Assembly: GCA_963780585.1 (NCBI GenBank)
Contig: CAWADD010000002.1
Coordinates: 7,906 to 71,905 of the forward strand
From: an uncultured Actinomycetes bacterium
GTDB lineage: Bacteria > Actinomycetota > Thermoleophilia > Solirubrobacterales > Solirubrobacteraceae
Direction of reading: 5' to 3'
DNA: 64,000 bases
Below the pieces are notes generated by a model. It saw only the letters and a list, made by a program, of their open reading frames with translations. It made no database searches and was not told the DNA's origin. The position numbers were made by a program, and so were the translations under genes. Below are positions 19,551 to 27,841 of this stretch, piece by piece; within the stretch, counting starts at the first letter, position 1, and every line of letters starts with the position of its first letter.

Positions 19551-21386
19551 CTACGGCGCGCCGAGCTGGTTCGTGGCGGCGAAGAGGCGCTGCAGATCGA
19601 ACCAGGCCGGCTTCTTCGTGCCGTCGTAGCGCAGCAGGCCCTTCTCGTGCACGGGCGCGTTCGGGCGCGGGTTGCCGCCGTCCCAGTTCGGTCGCACGCG
19701 GAACTCCTGCAGCGCCCAGTACAGCGAGCCGCTCAGCCATGGCTTGGAGTTGTGCACGCCGAGGTGGTAGTTGACGAAGTCCTGCTGGTAGGCGAACGTG
19801 CCCTTCTCCTCGACGGGGCCGTCGCGGTTGGCCTCGGCGCCAAACTCCGAGACGAAGATCGCCTTGCTCGGATAGCAGGCGCGGACGCTGTCGAGGTAGT
19901 CCGACAGCGCGTCGCGGTCGGCGATCTGGCCGTTGGGACCCGGATACCAGCCGAAGTACTCGTTGATCCCGATCACGTCGAGCGCCGCGTACTGGGGGCG
20001 GCAGCCGACCGCCGGGTAGCCGGCGACGGCGAGCGCGACCGGACGCGACGGATCGAGCGCCTTCGCCTGGCGCGCCGCGCGGTTGATGTAGAAGCTCTGG
20101 ACCGGACCGGGCCGCGCGGACAGCTCGTTGCCGATCGACCACAGCATGATCGAGGGATGGTTCTGGTTGGCGCGGATGTTGTCCTCGAGCTCGCGCGCGG
20201 CGAGCTTGCGGACCGTCTCGCGCTTGAGAAACTGCGTCTTGACGGCGTAGACCGGGATCTCGGACCAGACGAGCAGGCCGGCGCGGTCGGCGAGCTCGTG
20301 GATCTCGGGATGCAGCGGATAGTGCGAGCGGATCACCGTCGCGCCGAGCTCCTTGGCCTGCGCGACGATCTGCCCGCGGCGAGCGCTGCCGATCGCGAAC
20401 CCCGCCGCCGGGTCGTCCTCGTGCAGGCCGACGCCGCGCAGGCTCACGGGGCGGCCGTTGAGCATCAGGTGGCCGTCGGCGATCGTGATCGAGCGGATTC
20501 CGCTCGACAGCTTGTAGCCGAGCACGCGACGCCCGCCGGCCCGCACGGCGAAGCGCACCGCGTAGAGATACGGGCTCGCCGGCGACCACAACCGCGGCTG
20601 GTCGACGCTCAGGCGGGTCTCGAAGCTCGCAAACCGCCTCGCCTGCACGCGCCGCGTGCCGAGCTCGATCGCGCGCTCGCCGAAGCGGCCGGTGACGCGG
20701 ACGCTCGCCGTTCGGTCGCCGTAGTTGCGCACGACGACGCGCGCGAGCACGGATGCGGCGCAGGTCGGGCACGGCAGCTCGGGCCGCACGACGAGGCTCG
20801 TGATGTCGATCCTGTCGACGCGCTGCAGATAGACCTCGCGCAGCAGGCCGCCGTAGTTCCACCACCCGCCGGCGGGATCGCCGGAGCCCGTCAGGCCCGA
20901 CGGGGGGAAGTCGGTCGGCAGGCGGCGGTTGTCGACGCGCACGACGAGCCGGTTCGTCCCCGAGCGTTTGAGCGCACTGCGCGGCAGGCGTATGTCCCAC
21001 GGCAGGTAGGCGCCCGTGTTGGCGCCGACCGGCACCCCGTTGAGCCATACCCGCGAGCGATAGTTGACCGACTCGAAGCGCACGAGCCAGTCCATTCGCG
21101 CGCGCCGGTCGGGCAGCGTGAAGTCCTTGCGATACCAGGCGACGGTGCCCGTCATCGAGGCGACGGAGTCGTCGCCGACGTTCCAGGCGTTCGGAGCCGT
21201 CACCGCCGACCAGCCCTCGGTCGCGGTCTGGCGCTGGAACCGCTGACCGATCCCGACGCCGGCGTCGTCGCGCCGAAACAGCCAGCTGCCGCCGAGCAGA
21301 TAGCGGTTGTCGGGACCGTCCTGGTAGATCGTCCCGCGCGTGATTCCGTCGGCGGCGAGCGCAGGTGGTGCCATCGCCGCCAGCAC
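19551..21386 (-). CDS. glycoside hydrolase family 2 (beta-galactosidase/beta-glucuronidase-like), probably secreted
   Basis: A sugar-binding N-domain (WYRKDFTLP...FESVNYRSRVWLNG) is followed by a catalytic TIM barrel (IRSHYP, WSIGNE, FVSEFG). The in-frame upstream codons read KLPVLIVILAVLAA, which looks like the missing part of a signal peptide, so the true start is uncertain. Confidence 0.9.
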   Translation of the reverse strand: MLAAMAPPALAADGITRGTIYQDGPDNRYLLGGSWLFRRDDAGVGIGQRFQRQTATEGWSAVTAPNAWNVGDDSVASMTGTVAWYRKDFTLPDRRARMDWLVRFESVNYRSRVWLNGVPVGANTGAYLPWDIRLPRSALKRSGTNRLVVRVDNRRLPTDFPPSGLTGSGDPAGGWWNYGGLLREVYLQRVDRIDITSLVVRPELPCPTCAASVLARVVVRNYGDRTASVRVTGRFGERAIELGTRRVQARRFASFETRLSVDQPRLWSPASPYLYAVRFAVRAGGRRVLGYKLSSGIRSITIADGHLMLNGRPVSLRGVGLHEDDPAAGFAIGSARRGQIVAQAKELGATVIRSHYPLHPEIHELADRAGLLVWSEIPVYAVKTQFLKRETVRKLAARELEDNIRANQNHPSIMLWSIGNELSARPGPVQSFYINRAARQAKALDPSRPVALAVAGYPAVGCRPQYAALDVIGINEYFGWYPGPNGQIADRDALSDYLDSVRACYPSKAIFVSEFGAEANRDGPVEEKGTFAYQQDFVNYHLGVHNSKPWLSGSLYWALQEFRVRPNWDGGNPRPNAPVHEKGLLRYDGTKKPAWFDLQRLFAATNQLGAP

Positions 21387-21400
21387 GGCGAGGATGACGA

Positions 21401-21880
21401 TTAAGACGGGCAGCTTGACTCGCGTCCGATCGGGGCGGTGACGCGCAGCAGGCTAATGGTCATCCCGGCGAACACGTTGCCCTTGCGCCGCACGAGGACG
21501 CACTGGACGGTCGTCAGGCGTCCGGGCGTGAACCAGACGACGCGCGTGTACTGCGTCCGCGACCGCAGGGCGTGCGCGGTGCCCGACTGGTAGAGCGCGA
21601 TCTTCAGCTCGCCCTGCCCGCGCAGGCGATCGGCGTTGGCGCGCAGCAGCGCGACGCAGCGCGGCTCGTCGCAGCCGGCGAGCCGCGCGCGCATCGCGCC
21701 GGCGTCGCCGCGCGCCTGGGCGCGCAGCAGCTCGGCCACGCGGGCGCGCTCGACCGTGTCGTTGTTGAGCCAGCGGGCGACGAGGAAGCTGACGCCGAGC
21801 ACGGCGACGATCGCGACGAGGATCAGCAGCGGACGCTTCACGGCGGCCATTCTCACGGCCGCGGCGCGCGACCGCGCCAC
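21401..21880 (-). CDS. hypothetical membrane-anchored protein
   Basis: 159-aa track ORF with an N-terminal TM helix (LLILVAIVAVLGVSFLV). No family recognised. Confidence 0.5.
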   Translation of the reverse strand: MARSRAAAVRMAAVKRPLLILVAIVAVLGVSFLVARWLNNDTVERARVAELLRAQARGDAGAMRARLAGCDEPRCVALLRANADRLRGQGELKIALYQSGTAHALRSRTQYTRVVWFTPGRLTTVQCVLVRRKGNVFAGMTISLLRVTAPIGRESSCPS

Positions 21881-21895
21881 GGAGCCGGCTCGGCG

Positions 21896-22594
21896 TCAGC
21901 CGGTGGGGTGGAAGTCGTCGCCGTTGAGCTCGAGGAAGCGCATGACGGACGCCTCCTGGTGATCGAGCCGCTGCGCGGTACGGCGGGCATGCAGCGCGGC
22001 GCGCTCCTCGAAGTCCTCGAGGCAGCGCTCCGGGTCGTCGGAGAGCGGATAGACGTGCGCGAGATCCTGCTGCGCGCAGACGATGCCGAGCGGCGGCGAG
22101 CCCTCGGCGAGCGTGCGCGCGCCGCAGACCGCGGCGACGAGCATGCGCCGCTCCGGCGCCGACAGGGCGACGGGCATCAGGCGATGGGCGGGCAGCTTGA
22201 CGCCGAGCTCGATCGAGCGGTCGACGGCGACGTCGCTGCCGGTCGCGGCGGCGAGCGGACCGGCCCAGACGGCGAGCACGGTGTCGGCGGCGACGATCGC
22301 GTCTCGCAGCGCGCGCGCCTGCACGGCATAGAGCTCCTCGGCCTCGTCGCGCGAGCCGGCCTCGGCAAGGTCGAGGTCGCAGGGGACGCGCAGCAGCTCC
22401 GATGTGCCGACGGCCGAGCCGGCGACGCGGCCGCCGTGCGCGACGTACGTCTGCAGCGTCCCGAGGTCGCGGCGGCCATGGAAGATGACCGTCAGCGCCT
22501 CGGACAGCGGCAGGTCGGAGACCTTGAGCGCCACAGCCACGCAGGCCTCGGCGTCGATGAGCGCACGTTGGAGCAGATCGTCTGCGTCGGTCAT
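21896..22594 (-). CDS. hypothetical protein
   Basis: Track ORF 21896..22648 with start taken at the internal Met (MTDADD). Composition is balanced. No family recognised. Confidence 0.5.
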   Translation of the reverse strand: MTDADDLLQRALIDAEACVAVALKVSDLPLSEALTVIFHGRRDLGTLQTYVAHGGRVAGSAVGTSELLRVPCDLDLAEAGSRDEAEELYAVQARALRDAIVAADTVLAVWAGPLAAATGSDVAVDRSIELGVKLPAHRLMPVALSAPERRMLVAAVCGARTLAEGSPPLGIVCAQQDLAHVYPLSDDPERCLEDFEERAALHARRTAQRLDHQEASVMRFLELNGDDFHPTG

Positions 22595-22650
22595 GTCCCC
22601 GTCCTTGTTTTGCGACTCATGGTGACGCCCTCGGGGTACCCTGCGCAAGC

Positions 22651-22926
22651 ATGAAGATTCTCTACAAGCCCTTTGGGATCGTGGTGGGCATCGTCGCGGG
22701 GATCCTTGCGCGTCAAGTGTTCAACCAGGTTTGGGGACATATCGACGACCGCGAGCCTCCGAAGCCGACGACCCAGGAGTCATCGTGGGGCAAGGTACTC
22801 GGCGCAGCGGCGGTACAGGGTGCGACGTTCGCGGTCACGAAAGCGGCCGTCAACCGCAGCGGCGCGAAGGGCTTTCAGTGGCTGACGGGCATCTGGCCCG
22901 GCGAGAAGCGCCCCGAGAAGGAATAG
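22651..22926 (+). CDS. DUF4235-like small membrane protein
   Basis: MKILYKPFGIVVGIVAGILARQVFNQVW...VLGAAAVQGATFAVTKAAVNR resembles the DUF4235 pattern, recalled from memory. Confidence 0.6.
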   Translation: MKILYKPFGIVVGIVAGILARQVFNQVWGHIDDREPPKPTTQESSWGKVLGAAAVQGATFAVTKAAVNRSGAKGFQWLTGIWPGEKRPEKE

Positions 22927-22960
22927 CCCGAAGCTTGCGCCGGCCGCCGCCGGCGGGCTT

Positions 22961-23272
22961 CTAGGAGCGCAGAACGTAGCCGCGCTCGGCGAGGCTCGCG
23001 AGGTCGTCCTCGAAGGCGCCGAAATCGCGCGCGCGCAGGTGCTCGAGTGGGATCCCGTTCGGACCCTTGCGGCGCAGCCATCCGCGCAGCGTCCGCGGGC
23101 CGACCCGCTCCGCCGCCTCGGCCGTCAGCGCGAGCAGGATCGCCAGCTCGGGGCGATCGTCCAGATCGCCGGAGATGACCGCCAGCGGATCGACCGCGAG
23201 CACCTCGCAGAGCTCGTCGTCGGACAGCCCGAGCCGCTCGAGCAGGGTCGCGGCGGCGCTCATCGAGCTCAC
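22961..23272 (-). CDS. hypothetical protein
   Basis: 103-aa track ORF. The C-terminus (LRGWLRRKGPNGIPLEHLRARDF) is weakly reminiscent of DUF2384-type antitoxins. No partner gene is present. Confidence 0.45.
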   Translation of the reverse strand: MSSMSAAATLLERLGLSDDELCEVLAVDPLAVISGDLDDRPELAILLALTAEAAERVGPRTLRGWLRRKGPNGIPLEHLRARDFGAFEDDLASLAERGYVLRS

Positions 23273-23349
23273 CGCCTGAGGCAGGCCGCCGGCATCGACC
23301 GATGATACGTGTGCCGCGTGGCGTCAGCGGCGCGCGTACCCTGGCTTCG

Positions 23350-24717
23350 ATGCGTGCCCGTGCCGCCCTCTGCCTGATGGCGGCCGCCTCGGCCGCAGCC
23401 GTGCTGACGTCCCCCGCCCAGGCCGGGTTCCCCGGGGCCAACGGGCGGGTGTCGTACTCCAGCCAGGGCGACCTGTGGACGATCACGCCGGACGGCTCGG
23501 CGATCACTCGGCTGACCACCACGACGGAGGACGAAGCGCAGTCCGTCTTCTCGCCCGACGGCGCGCGGATCGCGTATCGGCGGCGCCCCGCGGCCGATGC
23601 CGCGTACCAGCTGTACGTCATGAACGCCGACGGATCCGACCAGCGGCGCGTCAGCGCGAGCGCGGTCAACGAGACGCAGCCCGCGTGGTCGCCCGACGGG
23701 CGCCGGCTGATCTTCCGGCGCTCGACGCCAGGCGACCCGAACGCCGACATCTGGGCGATGAACGCCGACGGCAGCGCCCCGCAGGCGCTCGTGACGTCGC
23801 CCGGCGCCGACGAGCGCTATCCCGTCTGGTCACCCGACGGCTCGCGCCTGGCGTTCACGAGCACTCGCGACGGCCAGTACGAGATCTATGTCGCCGCGGC
23901 CGACGGAGCGTCGCCGCTGCGGCTGACGACCGACCCCGGCTACGACTCGGCGCCGTCATGGTCGCCGGACGCTACGCGGCTGGCCTTCGAGCGCGGCGCG
24001 GCGCTCGACGCCGACGCGACGAAGGACATCTGGATCATGCGCGCGGACGGCGGCGGGCAGACGCCGCTGACCGCGACCGCCGAGGTCGACGAGGGACCGG
24101 CATTCTCGCCGGACGGCACGCAGATCGCCTTCACGAGCGCGCGCGACGGCAACTACGAGATCTACCGCATGCGTGCCGACGGCTCCGGCCAGACGCGGAT
24201 CACCACGCTCGGCACGAAGGAGGAGTCGCCGGACTGGCAGGCGCTGCCCGCGCTGCCCCTCGTCCCCACCCCGCTGCCGGGAACGGGAACGCCGACGAGC
24301 CCGCCGGTCACCCCGCCGGCCGGCACGCGAACGATCGACCTTGACGGCGACGGCCTCTCCGCCGGCCGTGAGCGCTCCCTGCGCACGAGCGACCTCGACC
24401 GCGACAGCGACGACGACGGGCTCTCGGACGCGCGCGAAGCACCGCGCAGAGGTCCGTCGCCAGCGCGCCGCGACAGCGACCGCGACGGGCTCCCCGACGG
24501 CCTCGAGCTTGGCGTGCGGCGGCCGGTCGCCGACCCGCCGGGACGGGTCCGGGGAACGCACCGCGGCCGCTTCCGCGCCGATGCCGACCCGCGTACGCGC
24601 ACCGATCCCGCTCGCCGTGACAGCGACCGCGACGGCAGGACGGACGGCCGCGAGGATCGCAACCACAACGGCCGCGTCGACCGCGGAGAGAGCGATCCGC
24701 GACGGAAGCAGCGGTGA
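23350..24717 (+). CDS. secreted TolB-like (PD40/WD40-like) beta-propeller protein with C-terminal Asp-rich calcium-binding-type repeats
   Basis: A signal peptide (ALCLMAAASAAAVLTSPAQA) is followed by at least six units of the type FSPDG..IAY / WSPDG..L.F. A PT linker then leads to DLDGDGLS, DLDRDSDDDGLSD, DSDRDGLPDG and DSDRDGRTDG motifs. Confidence 0.8.
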   Translation: MRARAALCLMAAASAAAVLTSPAQAGFPGANGRVSYSSQGDLWTITPDGSAITRLTTTTEDEAQSVFSPDGARIAYRRRPAADAAYQLYVMNADGSDQRRVSASAVNETQPAWSPDGRRLIFRRSTPGDPNADIWAMNADGSAPQALVTSPGADERYPVWSPDGSRLAFTSTRDGQYEIYVAAADGASPLRLTTDPGYDSAPSWSPDATRLAFERGAALDADATKDIWIMRADGGGQTPLTATAEVDEGPAFSPDGTQIAFTSARDGNYEIYRMRADGSGQTRITTLGTKEESPDWQALPALPLVPTPLPGTGTPTSPPVTPPAGTRTIDLDGDGLSAGRERSLRTSDLDRDSDDDGLSDAREAPRRGPSPARRDSDRDGLPDGLELGVRRPVADPPGRVRGTHRGRFRADADPRTRTDPARRDSDRDGRTDGREDRNHNGRVDRGESDPRRKQR

Positions 24718-24758
24718 CCCGAGCGCTCCTGATCGCTCATGCGGTGCGGCGCGGACCT

Positions 24759-24797
24759 GTCCTGCTTTGTGCGGGTCACGCCCACACAAGGCAGGAC
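24759..24797 (+). terminator. 17-bp stem-loop 42 nt after the TolB-like stop codon
   Basis: gtcctgctttgtgcggg tcacg cccacacaaggcaggac forms a stem with one wobble and one mismatch. There is no U-tract, which is common in high-GC genomes. Confidence 0.4.
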
Positions 24798-25004
24798 ACG
24801 ACACCGCGATGCGACGCCGTCGATGTCGCCTTCACCCACATACAGGGGTCAAAGCGACACGCTCAACCCAGCGGCACATGAGTGCCAGGGGACACCAACA
24901 GGACGATGCTGGCCGCCGCTCGGCAACCAGCTCAGCCCAGCGAGACGACGGACGTTCGATCACGACGCGCTGCGGGAACGCCGATAGGACCGTAGGCGCC
25001 CCTC

Positions 25005-25271
25005 GTGACACGAGCGGCGGAAAGCATCGATTGGAGCTCGTCAATGCACGCGGCAGGCGACCCGACACACCGTCCGACGATCGAGGACGAAGCGCAGTCC
25101 ATCGCCCGCATCGAGGCGCGCCTGAGCGCCGAGGGCGAGCGCCTGCGGTCCCGCCCGGCGGCGGAGCTGTGGTCGAGCCCGCCGATCAGCCGAGCACGTC
25201 GGCGCACGTCCGCCGCGAAGCGTACGGACCCCCGTGGCGCCGGGATGCTCCGCGAGCGCACCGGCCTCTAG
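25005..25271 (+). CDS. possible small protein of unknown function (weak)
   Basis: This is the only ORF in the 550-bp gap with mostly G/C at third codon positions from the Met at 25044 onwards (MHAAGDPTHRPTIEDEAQSIARIEARLSAEGERLR...). It has no recognisable family and converges on prs. Confidence 0.25.
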   Translation: MTRAAESIDWSSSMHAAGDPTHRPTIEDEAQSIARIEARLSAEGERLRSRPAAELWSSPPISRARRRTSAAKRTDPRGAGMLRERTGL

Positions 25272-26290
25272 AAGAGCTGGTTCTCCTCGCCGAACAGCTC
25301 GCTGACCGAGCGGTCGAAGAAGATGCTGCGGATCGAGTCGGTCAGCAGCTCGGCGCAGGACAGGACCTGGATGTTGTCGGGGGCCCCAGCACGTAGCGGG
25401 ATCGTGTCGGTGACGACGATCTGCTCGAGCCCGGCGTCGGCGAGGTTCTCGAACGCGTTGCCGCTCAGCACGGGGTGCGTGGCTGCCGCGTAGACCGCGC
25501 GCGCGCCGGCGGCGAGCACGGTCTGGCTGGCGACCTTCAACGTGCTCGCGGTGTCGATGATGTCGTCGACGATGACGGCCGTCTTGCCCTTGACGTCACC
25601 GATCACGTAGCCGATCTCCGCGACCTGCTGGGCCGGGCGGGACTTGTCGAGGATCGCGAGGTCGGCGCCGAGCTTGGAGGCGAACTTCTTGTTCAGCTTC
25701 ACGCGGCCGGCATCCGGAGCGACGACGACGAGGTCCTGCAGGCCGAGGTCGCGGAAGTACTGCGTGAGGATGAACAGCGCCGTCATGTGATCGACCGGCT
25801 TGCGGAAGAAGCCCTGGATCTGGCCGGCGTGGAGGTCCATCGTCAGGACCCTGTCAGCGCCTGCCTGCTCGAGCATGCGGGCCACGAGGCGGGCCGAGAT
25901 CGGCTCGCGCGGAGCGGATTTCTTGTCCTGCCTGCTGTACCCGAACCACGGCGTGACGGCGATCACGCGGTGCGCGCTGGCGCCGACGGCGGCGTCGATC
26001 ATCAGCAGGAGCTCCATCAGCGCGTCGTTCGGCGTCATCCCGGTGGCGGGGTTGGCGCACATCGGCTGGACGATGAAGACGTCCGCGCCGCGGATCGACT
26101 CGCCGTAGCGGCAGTAGACCTCACCGTTGGTGAACGTCCTCAGCGCGACGGGTCCGGGCGTGATCCCGAGCTTCTCGGCGATCCTTGCGGCGAGGTCGGG
26201 ATTCGACCGCCCCGAGAACAGCATCAGGTTCTTGTCGTAGCCCAGCTCGAGGCGAGTCGATGGCGCCGGCTGCGGCTGGACCGTGGTCAT
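25268..26290 (-). CDS. prs: ribose-phosphate pyrophosphokinase
   Basis: LMLFSGRSNPDLA..IA..LG...,  VVAPDAGRVK and AVIVDDIIDTASTL (PRPP-binding loop). Confidence 0.96.
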   Translation of the reverse strand: MTTVQPQPAPSTRLELGYDKNLMLFSGRSNPDLAARIAEKLGITPGPVALRTFTNGEVYCRYGESIRGADVFIVQPMCANPATGMTPNDALMELLLMIDAAVGASAHRVIAVTPWFGYSRQDKKSAPREPISARLVARMLEQAGADRVLTMDLHAGQIQGFFRKPVDHMTALFILTQYFRDLGLQDLVVVAPDAGRVKLNKKFASKLGADLAILDKSRPAQQVAEIGYVIGDVKGKTAVIVDDIIDTASTLKVASQTVLAAGARAVYAAATHPVLSGNAFENLADAGLEQIVVTDTIPLRAGAPDNIQVLSCAELLTDSIRSIFFDRSVSELFGEENQLF

Positions 26291-26301
26291 CTCCGCCGAG
26301 T

Positions 26302-27681
26302 TTAGGGCTTGTCCCGGCGCTTGCGGTTCGCGTAGCCCTCGTGATTGACCTGCCGTTCGCGGGCGATCCCGAGCGCCCCCGGCGGCACGTTCTTCGTGAT
26401 CGCGGAGTTCGCGCCGGTGTAGGCGTCGTCCTCCAGCGTGACCGGCGCGACGAGCGTCGTGTCGACGCCGGTGCGCACGCGGTCGCCGATCGTCGTGCGG
26501 TGCTTGTCGAACCCGTCGTAGTTGGCGGTGATCGTCGCGGCGCCGAGGTTCGTGTCCTCGCCGATGTCCGCGTCGCCGATGTACGAGAGGTGCGGGACCT
26601 TGCTGCCCGGTCCGACGTCGGAGTTCTTGATCTCGACGAACGTGCCCGCCTTCGAGCGCTCGCGCAGGACCGTGCCGGGCCGCAGGTAGGCGAACGGCCC
26701 GACCGTCGCGCCGTCGCAGATCTCGGCGCGGACGACGTAGGAATGAGGAATCGTGACGTCGTCGTGCAGCGTCGCGTCGATCAGCGTCGTCAGCGGGCCG
26801 ACCGTGCAGCCGCGCCCGATCCGCGTCGCGCCGCGCACGAACGTGCTCGGCTCGATGACGGTGTCCTCGCCGATCGTGACCGTCACGTCGATCAGCGTCG
26901 AGGCGGGATCGACGATCGTGACGCCGGCGACGCCGAGCGCGGCGTGGATGCGCCGCTGTGCGATCGCACGGACCTGGGCGAGCTGGACGCGATCGTTGAC
27001 GCCGAGTGCGACGTCGGGATCGTCGAGCACGTGCGCGTTGACGACGTGGCCGGCGGCGCGCAACGCGGGCAGCACGTCGGGCAGGTACAGCTCGCCTTGG
27101 GCGTTGTCGGGCCGCAGCGCCTCGAGCGCGCGCAGCAGCGCCGCTCCCTCGAACGCGAAGATCGAGCTGTTGATCTCCTGGATCGCGAGCTGCTCGTCGG
27201 TCGCATCGCCGGCGGTCTTCGTCTCCACGACGCGCTCGACGTTGCCGTCGGCGTCGCGTACGACGCGGCCGTAGCCGGACGGATCGGCGAGGACCACGGT
27301 CGCCATCGTGGCGGCCGCGCCGCGGTTGGTATGGGCCTGCACGAGCTCGGTGATCGCCGCCGCGGTGACGAGCGGCCCGTCGCCCCCGAGCACGATCACG
27401 ACATCCTCGGCGCCGATCTCACCGGCGGCAGCCTGGACGGCGCCACCGGTGCCGTTCTGGACCGGTTGGATGACCGACCTGACGCCGTCCGGAAGCTGGC
27501 TTGCAAGCGTGTTCTCGGGCGAGTCGACGATCACGACGCTGCTCGCCCCCGCCTCCAGCGCCGCGGCGATCGGCCAGCCGACGAGCGGCCGGCCGCAGAG
27601 CGGGTGCAGCATCTTCGGAAGCTGCGAGCGCATCCGCGTGCCCTGGCCGGCGGCGAGGATGACGGCGGTGAGCGCGGGCAT
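26302..27681 (-). CDS. glmU: bifunctional UDP-N-acetylglucosamine pyrophosphorylase / glucosamine-1-phosphate N-acetyltransferase
   Basis: AVILAAGQGTRMRS..PK.LHP..G is followed by C-terminal left-handed beta-helix hexapeptide repeats and NYDG..KH.T.IGD. Confidence 0.96.
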   Translation of the reverse strand: MPALTAVILAAGQGTRMRSQLPKMLHPLCGRPLVGWPIAAALEAGASSVVIVDSPENTLASQLPDGVRSVIQPVQNGTGGAVQAAAGEIGAEDVVIVLGGDGPLVTAAAITELVQAHTNRGAAATMATVVLADPSGYGRVVRDADGNVERVVETKTAGDATDEQLAIQEINSSIFAFEGAALLRALEALRPDNAQGELYLPDVLPALRAAGHVVNAHVLDDPDVALGVNDRVQLAQVRAIAQRRIHAALGVAGVTIVDPASTLIDVTVTIGEDTVIEPSTFVRGATRIGRGCTVGPLTTLIDATLHDDVTIPHSYVVRAEICDGATVGPFAYLRPGTVLRERSKAGTFVEIKNSDVGPGSKVPHLSYIGDADIGEDTNLGAATITANYDGFDKHRTTIGDRVRTGVDTTLVAPVTLEDDAYTGANSAITKNVPPGALGIARERQVNHEGYANRKRRDKP

Positions 27682-27729
27682 GGGGCCATCCTAGGGCTAG
27701 TCTTAGGACGGGCACTGAGCCTGATTTAC

Positions 27730-27801
27730 TGGGGAGTGGTGTAATCGGTAGCACGCGTGGTTTTGGTCCACGCAGACCGGGTTCGAGTCCTGGCTCCCCA
27801 G
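27730..27801 (+). tRNA. tRNA-Gln, anticodon UUG
   Basis: I folded the cloverleaf by hand. The acceptor stem is TGGGGAG/CTCCCCA and the D arm is GTGT..GCAC. The anticodon stem CGTGG/CCACG carries the loop TTTTGGT (anticodon TTG). The T arm is CCGGG-TTCGAGT-CCTGG, with discriminator G. Confidence 0.9.
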
Positions 27802-27821
27802 CTATCTTCCGTCCGACAAGA

Positions 27822-27841
27822 GTACGAACATATGTTCGTAC
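27822..27841. promoter_or_regulatory. perfect 20-bp palindrome containing a consensus LexA (Cheo/SOS) box CGAACATATGTTCG
   Basis: GTACGAACAT|ATGTTCGTAC. The central ATG at 27832 is the start codon of the HNH gene. The core matches the Gram-positive/actinobacterial GAAC-N4-GTTC LexA operator. Confidence 0.6.

Noticed and set aside
18907-21048. 713-aa minus-strand ORF, plus 19647..21404 on the plus strand
   Set aside because: These are off-frame and antisense shadows of the GH2 and L25 genes. Only the 19551..21386 frame gives recognisable GH2 motifs.
22961-23272. Orphan DUF2384/Xre-type antitoxin
   Set aside because: The resemblance is limited to a short C-terminal stretch and there is no RES or other toxin gene adjacent. 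It is left as hypothetical.
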